Part shown: positions 39,140-48,132 of the stretch, piece after piece
Position numbering within the stretch: position 1 is the first letter of the stretch
How the letters are laid out: every line of letters begins with the position of its first letter
Origin: Burkholderiales bacterium
GTDB lineage: Bacteria; Pseudomonadota; Gammaproteobacteria; Burkholderiales; Burkholderiaceae
Assembly (NCBI GenBank): GCA_026225455.1
Contig: JAMFSV010000090.1
Location: forward strand, 1 to 57,950
Reading direction: 5' to 3'
DNA length: 57,950 nucleotides
Made by a program: the position numbers and the translations under genes
Notes under the pieces: generated by a model
The model's database searches: none
What the model saw: the letters and a program-made list of their open reading frames with translations, nothing else
Told to the model about the DNA's origin: nothing

Positions 39140-39789
39140 ACATCGTTCCGCCGAATCGTTGCCGCCACACGTTCCCAGCGGGTTTGCAGGGTTCCGTCGA
39201 CTTCCCCGGTGGCCGAGTTGGCGCGGCAACCGCCGCGCTCGATCGCCGGGTCGGTGCGCACGGTCCAGCCGCCGGCGGCCAGTTCATCCTTGAGATACGT
39301 CTCGATCACCGGCAGGTCCGCCGGATTGACCAGCAGATGCTGACCGCCGCTCAGAGCCGGTTCCGACTCGATCAGTTCGCGCGCGACGGTAATCAGGCTG
39401 GTCGGGTCGACCGCAATGTTTTGCCCGATCACCTGGCGCGCGATAGCAAATGCCAGGGTCAGCAGGTGTTCGGCAATTTCGGCATCGGCTGCGCGCACCG
39501 CTTGAGAAAACGCTTCGCTCAGGCTGCGTAAAATTGCCGCCTCGGCCTGGGCTTCGATCAGGCCTTGCTTGAATCCCTGTTCATGCCCCGCGGCATAGCC
39601 GCTTTCCTGCGCTTGCGCAAAACCGGCGGCATACCCTTCCTGATGCGATTGCTCGCGCCGCTGGGCCAATTCACCCAAATAAGGGTCCGGAACCTCTGGT
39701 ACCACCGGCGGAACCGGGTCGAACGAAGCCATTTCCCAGCGCTGGTACGCGGAAAGTCGTTCTTTGGGCACCGGGCCGCCTGAACTCAT
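39133..39789 (-). CDS. fliH: FliH
   Basis: [10 protein letters not shown], GxxxG repeats, [11 protein letters not shown]...GEVD.TL.TRW. Confidence 0.95.
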   Translation of the reverse strand: MSSGGPVPKERLSAYQRWEMASFDPVPPVVPEVPDPYLGELAQRREQSHQEGYAAGFAQAQESGYAAGHEQGFKQGLIEAQAEAAILRSLSEAFSQAVRAADAEIAEHLLTLAFAIARQVIGQNIAVDPTSLITVARELIESEPALSGGQHLLVNPADLPVIETYLKDELAAGGWTVRTDPAIERGGCRANSATGEVDGTLQTRWERVAATIRRNDVW

Positions 39790-39825
39790 GGCGCCACCTG
39801 GCCGACCGGCGCGCCGATCTCGGGC

Positions 39826-40821
39826 TTAGATAAATGAATCATCCGCTTTACCTGAAATGACAATCTCGCCGGCATCGGATAGACGCCGGACGATTTGCAA
39901 AATCTTTTTCTGTTCGGTTTCGACTTCCGACACCCGCACCGGCCCGCGCGATTCGAGATCTTCCCGCAACAGATCGGCTGCGCGCTGCGACATGTTGCCG
40001 AGAAATTTGTCGCGTAGCTCGGGCGGCGCGCCTTTGAGCGCGATGATCAGCGATTCGGATTCGATTTCCTTCAGCAAACTCTGAATGCCGCGATCGTCGA
40101 TGTCGAGCAGGTTTTCGAAGACGAACATCTGGTCGATGATTTTCTGCGCCAGTTCGTTATCGTAAGTCTTGATATTTTCTATCACCGAGACTTCATTGAC
40201 GCTACCCATGAAGTTGAGAATTTCCGCCGCGGTGCGAATCCCGCCCATGGGGCTACGCTTGATGTTGTCGCTGCCGGACAGCAGTTTGGTCAAGACATCA
40301 TTGAGCTCGCGCAATGCCGCCGGTTGTATCCCGTCCAGGGTCGCGATGCGCAGGATCACGTCATTGCGCAGCCGTTCGGTGAAAAAGCTCAGGACTTCGG
40401 ACGCTTGGTCGCGGTCCAGGTGCACCAGGATGGTGGCGATAATTTGCGGATGTTCGTTGCGTATCAGTTCGGCGACCGCCCCCGAATCCATCCACTTCAA
40501 ACCTTCGATGCCGCTGGTGTCGCCGCCTTGCAAAATCCGTTCGATCAGCCCGGCGGCCTTGTCGTTGCCCAATGCTTTGGTCAGCACCGAGCGAATGTAG
40601 TCGTCCGAGACAAAATTGATCGCGGAATGCTCTTCAGCTTCAGTGCAAAAGTCGTCGAGTACGCTTTCCAACTGTTCGCGCGTGACGTTTTTGATCGACG
40701 CCATGGCCGCGCCGATTTTTTGCACTTCGCGCGGGGCTAGAAATTTGAGCACCTCGGCCGCTTCATCTTCGCCGAGGGACATCAGTAGCAGTGCGCTACG
40801 TTGTATGCCTTCAGCGTTCAT
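39826..40821 (-). CDS. fliG: Rotor protein FliG
   Basis: ALLLMSLGED, EHPQIIA, MFVFENL, NMSQRAA. Confidence 0.98.
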   Translation of the reverse strand: MNAEGIQRSALLLMSLGEDEAAEVLKFLAPREVQKIGAAMASIKNVTREQLESVLDDFCTEAEEHSAINFVSDDYIRSVLTKALGNDKAAGLIERILQGGDTSGIEGLKWMDSGAVAELIRNEHPQIIATILVHLDRDQASEVLSFFTERLRNDVILRIATLDGIQPAALRELNDVLTKLLSGSDNIKRSPMGGIRTAAEILNFMGSVNEVSVIENIKTYDNELAQKIIDQMFVFENLLDIDDRGIQSLLKEIESESLIIALKGAPPELRDKFLGNMSQRAADLLREDLESRGPVRVSEVETEQKKILQIVRRLSDAGEIVISGKADDSFI

Positions 40822-42502
40822 CTGACACCCAATTTTTCAAGACAGTTGCGACGACCCTGGGGTCGTCTTTTGCCATTTGCCGGGCGGTGATCAAGTTGCG
40901 CTGGTAGGTGGTCTGTTTCTTTTCCATCTCTTCCAGCACCTCGCTGATCTCGCCGGATTCCCCGGCCGCGTGGGTGTCCATCGAGGTCGGCAGATTCGGC
41001 TCGGCGGGCGGCGGGTCCGGCTGTTTGAACAGGCGCCGTACCGCCGGGCGCAGCACGCCAAAATACAGATAAAGGCCGACCAGGCCGATCAACAGGTATT
41101 TGGCGGCGGTCTTGGCCAACTCGATATTGTCGGGTTGCCGCCACCACGGCAAGTCGTTGACGGCACGATCATCGGCCGTCGAAAATGCGCTGTTGACCAC
41201 ATTCACCACGTCGCCGCGGCTTGGGTCGAAGCCCATGGCGTCTTTCACCAATTGTTCGGCTTTGGTCTGCTGATCGGCATTCAGCGGCACCATTTGACTC
41301 TTGCCGTGGGCATCGACTTCGCGTCGATAGTTGATTACAACCGCCACCGACAGGCGTTTGATGCCGCCCATCGGCTGTTCGGTGTGGCGTATGGTTTTAT
41401 CGACTTCGTAGTTGGTGGTGAGGTCGTGGCGTACGCTGAGCGGGCCTTGTACCGCGCTGGCACCACTGGCCGCGCTGGCGCCGCTGGCCACGGCGGGATT
41501 TTGCAGCGGTGCGCTGGCCGGCAGCGGCGGCGCGTTGGAGAGCGCACCCGGCACACCGCCGACACGGGCGCCGACATCCGAGGCCTCATTCAACTGCTGG
41601 CTGCGTACCGTGGACGAGGCGGGAGTTGGGTTGGGCTGATAGTTTTCGGCGGTTTGTTCGGTTTGCGAAAAATCGATGTCGGCACTGACCTGGGCGCGCA
41701 CATTGCCCATCCCATACAGCGGTGCCAGAATGGCCTGAATCCGTTGTTGCGCGTCAAACTCGACTTGCTTGACGTATTTCAATTGGGTGGCATCGAGCCC
41801 GCTGGTCGGGTTCGGCGCGGTCAACAAATCGCCGTTCTGATCCACGATGGTGACATTCGACAGCGGCATATCGGGTACCCCCGACGCCACCATATGCGCA
41901 ATCGCGCTGACCTGGCCGTCGTCCAGCACCCGGCCCGGATACAGATCGACCAGCACCGATGCCGAAGGGCTGCGTTGCTCGCGGACAAACACCGAGGGTT
42001 TGGGAATGGCCAGATGGACACGTGCGGTCTGGACCGACGCGATGGATGAAATGGTGCGCTCCAGTTCGCCTTCAAGGCCGCGCTGGTAGTTGATTTGTTC
42101 GGCAAACTGGCTGATGCCGAATTTCTGGTTATCCATCAGTTCGAAGCCGACCGAGCCGCCTTTGGGCAGGCCTTGTTGCGCCAGGCGCAAGCGTGCATCG
42201 TTGACCATATTCGACGGCACCAGAATGGCGCCGCCGGTGTCGGAAAACTGGTACGGCACATTCATCGTCTGCAGCGCCGTGATAATGGCGCCGCCGTCGC
42301 GGTCGGACAGGTTGCTGTACAGCACCTTGTAATCGGGTTGGCGGCTCCACAGAAATAACACCACCAGCAAGGCGATGGCGACCGCCGCGGCCAGCATCGC
42401 CGGAATCCGCGGATTGCTGCGCAATTGCTGCAGCAACGGCACTTTGCCGGCGGGCGCGGCGGCACCCGGGACGCCGCCCGGTAAGGGTTGAACGTCGCTC
42501 AT
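40811..42502 (-). CDS. fliF: MS-ring protein FliF
   Basis: GFELMD, YQRGLEGELERTI, ARVHLAIPKPSVF, SASV, NYEVDK, RLSVAVV. Confidence 0.98.
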   Translation of the reverse strand: MSDVQPLPGGVPGAAAPAGKVPLLQQLRSNPRIPAMLAAAVAIALLVVLFLWSRQPDYKVLYSNLSDRDGGAIITALQTMNVPYQFSDTGGAILVPSNMVNDARLRLAQQGLPKGGSVGFELMDNQKFGISQFAEQINYQRGLEGELERTISSIASVQTARVHLAIPKPSVFVREQRSPSASVLVDLYPGRVLDDGQVSAIAHMVASGVPDMPLSNVTIVDQNGDLLTAPNPTSGLDATQLKYVKQVEFDAQQRIQAILAPLYGMGNVRAQVSADIDFSQTEQTAENYQPNPTPASSTVRSQQLNEASDVGARVGGVPGALSNAPPLPASAPLQNPAVASGASAASGASAVQGPLSVRHDLTTNYEVDKTIRHTEQPMGGIKRLSVAVVINYRREVDAHGKSQMVPLNADQQTKAEQLVKDAMGFDPSRGDVVNVVNSAFSTADDRAVNDLPWWRQPDNIELAKTAAKYLLIGLVGLYLYFGVLRPAVRRLFKQPDPPPAEPNLPTSMDTHAAGESGEISEVLEEMEKKQTTYQRNLITARQMAKDDPRVVATVLKNWVSDER

Positions 42503-42788
42503 CGAACGCCTCGCAACTGACCGGAAGACACGATCACAGCGTTAGAAAAGAGGGCGCTAAGCAAAATCTTGATCTCCGAGTCCAGATAAGGCGGCCGGCC
42601 GCAGGTCGAGGCCGAGGGCGCACAAGCGCCATCGTCATAATTATCGGCGCATTCGAAGCGAATGCATCATCTGATTAGAGCCTAAATTACCTATCAAATT
42701 TCAGGGTTGACGCACAGCGGACAGTGTTATTGTCCTATTTGCCGGAGACCGTGAAGATTTTCGGTTAAAAACGACATCTGGAGAAATT

Positions 42789-43121
42789 ATGGACTCGACA
42801 ATCAATCCGATGGCATCAGTGCTGCAGCAAATGCAATCCATGGCGAGTGCGGCCGCGAGTAAAGGCGGCACTGCTACGGCTGACGAGGTTGCCGGCTCGG
42901 GGGATTTTGCCAGTTTGCTGAAAAGCACGCTGGATAAGACCAACGAAGCGCAGCAAACCGCCGCGGCCGAAGGCAAGGCATTCGAGTTGGGCTCTCCGGA
43001 TATTGGACTGAACGATGTGATGCTGGCCGGCCAAAAGGCCAATATCGAGTTTCAGACAGTGGTTCAGGTGCGCAATAAGCTGGTTACCGCCTATAACGAC
43101 GTTATGCAGATGGCAGTTTGA
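42789..43121 (+). CDS. fliE: FliE
   Basis: FELG...LNDVM..QKA..F..VQVRNKLV.AY.DVMQM. Confidence 0.96.
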   Translation: MDSTINPMASVLQQMQSMASAAASKGGTATADEVAGSGDFASLLKSTLDKTNEAQQTAAAEGKAFELGSPDIGLNDVMLAGQKANIEFQTVVQVRNKLVTAYNDVMQMAV

Positions 43122-43419
43122 AATCCGGCACGGATTTTTGGCTTGCGCCCTCGACGCCTGCTTCCAAATGATAGAGCCACGCCAGTAATTCGGCCACGGC
43201 CTGATAAAGCAAGGGCGGGATCTGGCTGTCCAGGTCGACTTGCATCAGCAGCGACACCATCTCCGGCGATTCATGCACGAACAATCCTTCTTCGCGCGCC
43301 CGCCTGATGATCATCTCGGCAATCATGCCATAACCTTTCGCGACGATCCGAGGCGCCTTGTCGCTGCTGGTTTGGTCGTACATCAGCGCGACCGCGCTGC
43401 GGCGAGCGTCGTCCTTCAT
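43102..43419 (-). CDS. Stand-alone FlhB C-terminal-like protein (FlhX/YlqH type)
   Basis: AVALMYD...APRIVAKG.G..AE.I, IPPLLYQAVAELLAWLY; resembles the FlhB-CC of this window; no TM segments. Confidence 0.9.
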   Translation of the reverse strand: MKDDARRSAVALMYDQTSSDKAPRIVAKGYGMIAEMIIRRAREEGLFVHESPEMVSLLMQVDLDSQIPPLLYQAVAELLAWLYHLEAGVEGASQKSVPDFKLPSA

Positions 43420-44756
43420 GCCGCACCCCCATTGTCGCCGGCCGACACGGTGGCGCCCGGCATTGTTGCTACGGCATCGTCGTCAGTCTCCTGGCCGGTT
43501 CCGGCCTGACGAATCTGTAGCGAAAGCAGATCCAGCCCGGCTGCCGCCGTACGCCGCCGTAAATCGATGCTGCCGGTGGCCATGGTCGCGGCACTTTGCG
43601 CGCTGGCGCTGATGCGTGCCGTGAGCTGTTTGGCATTCAGCGACAACTGAGCTTCTACCTTGCCCAACACCGGTAGTTCGAGCGTGATGCGGGTATGCCA
43701 TACCTGCCCATCGGCGGCATCGCTGCTGCTGCCGCCGCTACTGCTGTTGCCGCCGTCGGCATCGCGCCGGCTGATTTCCAGGTTCATCGGGGTGCCGGGC
43801 CAGGCTTGGCCGTTCCACTGGAATTGCGAAGTGGCGAGCAGGTCCAATTGTTGCCGCACCAGCACCACGGAGTTCGGATTGATCGGCAGCGCCGTTTGCT
43901 CGGACCCTGTTTTTGCACTGGCCAATGCGGCGGCGGTCGCCGTAGTGGTGAGCGTGCCGCTCGGCTGGTTGGTGGCGGAGGTGCCGCCCGGATTCAGCAA
44001 ATTAGCCAGCGAGGCCGTGATTTTGTTGTTCAGCCCCGATGCTTCCGGTGCGGTACCCGCTTGGGACGGGGTATTCAATTGTGCCTGGGGTTCATTCTGC
44101 AGGCTGTCGCTGGTGCGCGTACCGGACATCCATTGCGACAGGTGCGATTCGTAAAATAAGCCGCTATTGCCCACCGCTTGTTGCAGCGCGGTGGCCAACG
44201 CATTCACCAGCGGATCACCGGAATTGGCCCCGGTGAGGGTTGCCAAAGACGCCGCGGCGGACGTTCCTGCAGTGGTTCCAGTCAGATTGGCCGGGGTGCT
44301 TGCCGTATCTGTGCCGCTCGTGCCGCTGTTGCCGAGCAAGGTCGCCAGGTTACTGAGCGCGGTCGCGCCGTTGGCGGAAGCTTGCGCACCGGCTCCGTTG
44401 GTCAGATTCGCATCGCTTGCGAGATTGGCGGCGAGGCTGCTCGCCTGTGATGGCGGCGTGGACAGCAGGGTGGTTTGGGTTTGTGTGCCGGCATTGCTGA
44501 GCAGGCTGGTATCCAGGCGTAAAATCGCGTCGAGCGCGAGTGCCGTGTTACTCAAGGTGGTTTCGGCGGAACTGGGTTGGCCCGGGACGGGCGCAGCCGA
44601 ACCCGTGCCCGTCCCGCTGGCGGGAACAGGGGTGGCGGACGCGCCTTGCGTGCCGCTGGTCTGCGCGGTCGATCCGGCGCTTCCTGAAACCGCGTTCAAC
44701 ACACTATCGATGCGTGTTGCCAGGGTGGTTGCGATGATCGGGTCCAGCCCGTTCAT
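43416..44756 (-). CDS. Second FliK-like protein (hook-length control domain)
   Basis: SGLFYESHL, RQQLDLL...WNGQAWPG, WHTRITLELPVLGKVEAQL. Confidence 0.8.
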   Translation of the reverse strand: MNGLDPIIATTLATRIDSVLNAVSGSAGSTAQTSGTQGASATPVPASGTGTGSAAPVPGQPSSAETTLSNTALALDAILRLDTSLLSNAGTQTQTTLLSTPPSQASSLAANLASDANLTNGAGAQASANGATALSNLATLLGNSGTSGTDTASTPANLTGTTAGTSAAASLATLTGANSGDPLVNALATALQQAVGNSGLFYESHLSQWMSGTRTSDSLQNEPQAQLNTPSQAGTAPEASGLNNKITASLANLLNPGGTSATNQPSGTLTTTATAAALASAKTGSEQTALPINPNSVVLVRQQLDLLATSQFQWNGQAWPGTPMNLEISRRDADGGNSSSGGSSSDAADGQVWHTRITLELPVLGKVEAQLSLNAKQLTARISASAQSAATMATGSIDLRRRTAAAGLDLLSLQIRQAGTGQETDDDAVATMPGATVSAGDNGGAA

Positions 44757-44863
44757 AATGGCAGCCTAAAAGTGAGACATTTAGCGGGTTTGCGAGATGC
44801 ATAAAACACCAGTACCCCTATAGAGTACTAGTGTTTCCGAACTTAAGCACAGATTCGAATGCT

Positions 44864-45208
44864 TTACGTTCCGCTACGGGATTTGACCCCGTACATGTCC
44901 TGAAGTGCGCGTGTGTGGCGGCTGCTGGCCAGCAACGCAGATAAGCGCGCCAGGCGTGGGGTAATCAAATCGCGAATCGCGGCATCGTCGGCCAGGATGT
45001 GGCGTATCAATTCATGCTTGCGCACGCGCTGACCCTCATCAAGATCGAAAGTCGCGTCAACCGGCCTCAGGCTATCCACCAGTTGGGTGTACTGTTCTTG
45101 CAATTGAATCAGGGCGCTCCACTGATCTGCGCGCGCCGCGCCCAGCATTTCAGAGACAACTTTTGCAATTGCCTCATAACGCAAGAACAGTTGTTCAACA
45201 GTTTCCAT
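44864..45208 (-). CDS. fliT: Chaperone FliT
   Basis: MLGAARADQWSAL, ILADDAAIRDL..PRL; follows fliS. Confidence 0.9.
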   Translation of the reverse strand: METVEQLFLRYEAIAKVVSEMLGAARADQWSALIQLQEQYTQLVDSLRPVDATFDLDEGQRVRKHELIRHILADDAAIRDLITPRLARLSALLASSRHTRALQDMYGVKSRSGT

Positions 45209-45209
45209 A

Positions 45210-45668
45210 TCAAGCCGTAACGGAAGCCGATTTTTGCTGGGTTGCGCCCGAGCCCAGGTTTGCGCCTGGCGCCACCGGGTTGTTACCGATCGCAACCCAG
45301 CCGTCTTCGATGGTGGCCAGCAGTCCATCGACTTCGGTCAGCATGCCTTCGTCATTCTTGAGGCTGGCCTCAAGCAGGCGGCGTGTCATGTAGCCATATA
45401 GGGCATTGAGGCGCGCGGCGAGGTCGCCGCCTTTTTCCAGGTTCAGCGCTTGCTGCAAGCCGCCGCCGATAATATTGATGGCATGCCCGACGGCTTTGCC
45501 TTTGGCCGGATAGTCTTTACGTTGCATGTGGATACGCGCCAGCGAAATCGCGCGCCGCGCACCTTGGAACAACAGCGTGATCAGTTCATGAGAACTGGCT
45601 CCGATGACGTTGCTTTCCATGCCGACTTTCGCGTAAGCGCTCGCTCCGGAGTTCGGTGGCGTGTACAT
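45210..45668 (-). CDS. fliS: Flagellin chaperone FliS
   Basis: AYAKVG, ASSHELITLLFQGA, ALNLEKGGDLA..L.ALY.YM. Confidence 0.95.
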   Translation of the reverse strand: MYTPPNSGASAYAKVGMESNVIGASSHELITLLFQGARRAISLARIHMQRKDYPAKGKAVGHAINIIGGGLQQALNLEKGGDLAARLNALYGYMTRRLLEASLKNDEGMLTEVDGLLATIEDGWVAIGNNPVAPGANLGSGATQQKSASVTA

Positions 45669-45744
45669 AAGGTTCTCCTTTTCACTCGTTTTACGCAAAA
45701 CCCATATATGCTGCGGGCCGGCATTAGGCAGATAAAGCCGAAGC

Positions 45745-47799
45745 TTAGCTCGAAGTCGTCGGGTTGAAGGTATCGGTCAAGAAAGCCGAGGTCGACTGCA
45801 ACTGCGAGAGCGTGGCGTCGAGCGCGGTAAATTCGGTCTGATACTGGGCCTGCACCTGGCTAATGTATTGCTGTAGCGTGGTTTCCTGGGTCTGCAGCGC
45901 CGATACCTGCGTGTTCAGCAGGGTTGTCGCCGATGCGATTGAGCCTGTGGTCGCCGTGGTTGCCGCCGTCACAATACTGTTTAATTGGGCCGCATACCCC
46001 TGGGAATAGTTGACCACCCCCTGCGCGCCGGTGGTGGTGGCGGTAACCTGCAGTTGCAGGCCGGTGGCCGGCCCGCTGGCGGCGGTCAAGGTCTGCCCGC
46101 TGCCGGTTGCAATCGCGCCGCCGATAGTGCCTTCCACATCCTGGCCCAAGGTGTCGGTGACGGTGCCGAACAGCGTCGCCACGCCGTCGCCTGTGACGTC
46201 GACCGACGAGGTCTTGCCGTAGGTGGTCGAGGCGATGCTCAGGATGCCGTTGTTTTGCGTGACATTGACCGCCTGGCCCGCGCTCTGGATCGCCGGGTTG
46301 GTATTGATGGCCGTTTGCAGCGCCGTGACCAACTGGGACTGGGTGTAGGTGCCGGCCGGGATGGTAATGTTTGCCGCGGTACCGCCGACCGTGACGGTCA
46401 AGTTGGTGTCGGAGGCCAGTACGGTTGACGCGGCCAGTGCGGTCGAGCCGACCGAAGTGCCTTGGGTGGCCGCTTGGGTAATATTGACGGCGTACGAGCC
46501 TGGCTGGGTGGCGGCGGTGCCGATGGTATACGACACGTCATCGCTGGTCGAAAACCCGGCCGTGCCGAACAAACCGGCAAACTGGCTGCCGTTGGTGGTG
46601 ATCTGCTGCACCAGCGTGGTGTTGTCGACGGACAAGGTGCCGTCGGAATTCAAGGTGATGCCGACCTGGCTCAAGTTCGACAGGCCGCCGCCCGTGCCTG
46701 GCAACGACGTGGCCAGTATTTGTTGCAACTGGGTCTGGATTTGCGCCGTGGTCGGGTCGCCCAGCAAGGGGCCGTTGGTGCCGCCCGCCGAGTTATATTG
46801 GGTCAGCGACTTGATCGAGGTCTGCAGCGTGTTGTAGGCCTGGACAAAGTTGTCGATATTGGTTTCGATCGCCGAGCCGTTGGCGGCTACCGTCACGGTA
46901 GAGGTGCCGGTAGATGCCAATTGCAACACAATCCCGGGCAGGGAAGTATTGGTATTGGTCGAACTGTCGAGCGCGAGGCCATTGGCGGTAAGCTTGGCGT
47001 CTTGCGCGGTGCTTACCTGGCTCAATCCGCCGCTCGAGCCGCTGGGCGGATAGGTCAGGATAGACGCGATATTCGAGTCGCCGGTGACCGCCACCTGAAA
47101 GCCTTCGTTGGCGCCGGTGGCCGTGCCCGTCAGCACCAATTGGTAAGGCGTGCCGCTGCCATTATTGACAATCGATGCGGTGACGCCGAGGTTCGCGTTG
47201 TTGATCGCGGTTTCCAGGCCCGACAGCGTGTCGTCGCTGCTGTTCACAGTAATGCTGCCGCTCGCCTGCGCCGTATTGGGCGTAAAACTGGAACTGGCTC
47301 CGGTGCCGGTGGTGGTGCCGAAAGTGAAGGTAACGGTCGCGTTGCCGGTGTCGGTCGCGAGATTGGTGGAGGTGCTGGCCTGGCCGGCAGCCGCCAGCGT
47401 TTGTGCCTGAGCCAGTTGGCTGACGTCAATCGTGTAACCGCCGACCGTAGCTCCAGCCACCGCGGCCGCGGTTACCACGCTGCTGGTGGACGACGTCGCG
47501 GTATAAACCTCGTATTGGGTCGGCAGCGTTAATTGCTCCACGCTTGCCTGAAACGTAGCCAGGGCTGAACTGAGCGTGCCGTAAGCCGAAATTTCGGTAT
47601 TGACGCCTGCTACCTGATTTTGTAACTGCGTCAGCGGAATGCTTTCGACTTCCATCAGTCCCGCCAGCACCTGGCTCACCGGGAAGGTCGAACCCAAACC
47701 GATGCCGGCTGCGGAAATGATCTGGGAGGCGGACGGCAGCGACGTGGTGGTAGTGGGTGTGGGCGTCGGTGAAGGGCTGTTAACCGAGGAGATAGACAT
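45745..47799 (-). CDS. fliD: Filament cap FliD (684 aa)
   Basis: GIGLGS, ISAYGTL, Y.IDVSQLAQAQ, AQDAKL..NG, FV.AYN, LLGD, QFTALD-like C-terminus. Confidence 0.95.
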   Translation of the reverse strand: MSISSVNSPSPTPTPTTTTSLPSASQIISAAGIGLGSTFPVSQVLAGLMEVESIPLTQLQNQVAGVNTEISAYGTLSSALATFQASVEQLTLPTQYEVYTATSSTSSVVTAAAVAGATVGGYTIDVSQLAQAQTLAAAGQASTSTNLATDTGNATVTFTFGTTTGTGASSSFTPNTAQASGSITVNSSDDTLSGLETAINNANLGVTASIVNNGSGTPYQLVLTGTATGANEGFQVAVTGDSNIASILTYPPSGSSGGLSQVSTAQDAKLTANGLALDSSTNTNTSLPGIVLQLASTGTSTVTVAANGSAIETNIDNFVQAYNTLQTSIKSLTQYNSAGGTNGPLLGDPTTAQIQTQLQQILATSLPGTGGGLSNLSQVGITLNSDGTLSVDNTTLVQQITTNGSQFAGLFGTAGFSTSDDVSYTIGTAATQPGSYAVNITQAATQGTSVGSTALAASTVLASDTNLTVTVGGTAANITIPAGTYTQSQLVTALQTAINTNPAIQSAGQAVNVTQNNGILSIASTTYGKTSSVDVTGDGVATLFGTVTDTLGQDVEGTIGGAIATGSGQTLTAASGPATGLQLQVTATTTGAQGVVNYSQGYAAQLNSIVTAATTATTGSIASATTLLNTQVSALQTQETTLQQYISQVQAQYQTEFTALDATLSQLQSTSAFLTDTFNPTTSS

Positions 47800-48084
47800 A
47801 CATGGCCTCTACTGGATGCTCGGCGGTCAAACGCGAAATAATGATGGCAAAGGTGCGGTCTTATTTGCCGATACGTTAACTCGGCATGCAGAGCGGAAGC
47901 CCGAAGTTTCCCCAGTGAAACCGTTCTGGTACTTGGCGCCTGACTGATTGCGGACCGTGACTGCAATCGATCGGGTGCGGTTTGCCGACGCTATGATACT
48001 CAATCCCAAGCCTAAACTTAAAGCTGAAATTCAATTTTAACAAGAAACCGTCTATTACCAATACTCTCGCTGGCGCAAAAGTGG

Positions 48085-48117
48085 AAAAATCGGCTGGCAC
48101 GCGGACGCGCCAGCCGA
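48085..48117 (-). terminator. Intrinsic terminator of fliC
   Basis: TCGGCTGGC / GCCAGCCGA 9-bp stem followed by TTTTT on the minus strand, 15 bp after the fliC stop. Confidence 0.85.
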
Positions 48118-48132
48118 AACCACACTATACGC

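Noticed and set aside
42641-42648. Perfect GCCGATAA sigma-28 -10 upstream of fliF
   Set aside because: No TAAA-type -35 at 11-bp spacing (ATGCATTC instead); more likely a class II sigma-70 -10 (GATAAT). FlhDC boxes could not be assigned confidently
37262-43419. Non-flagellar (injectisome) type III secretion system
   Set aside because: All components are flagellar orthologs in flagellar gene order; no secretin, needle or translocon genes
47800-48060. c-di-GMP-I riboswitch in the fliD leader (GGCAAACC seen on the minus strand)
   Set aside because: Lacks the GAAA tetraloop stem and the following CGCAAA/P3 elements
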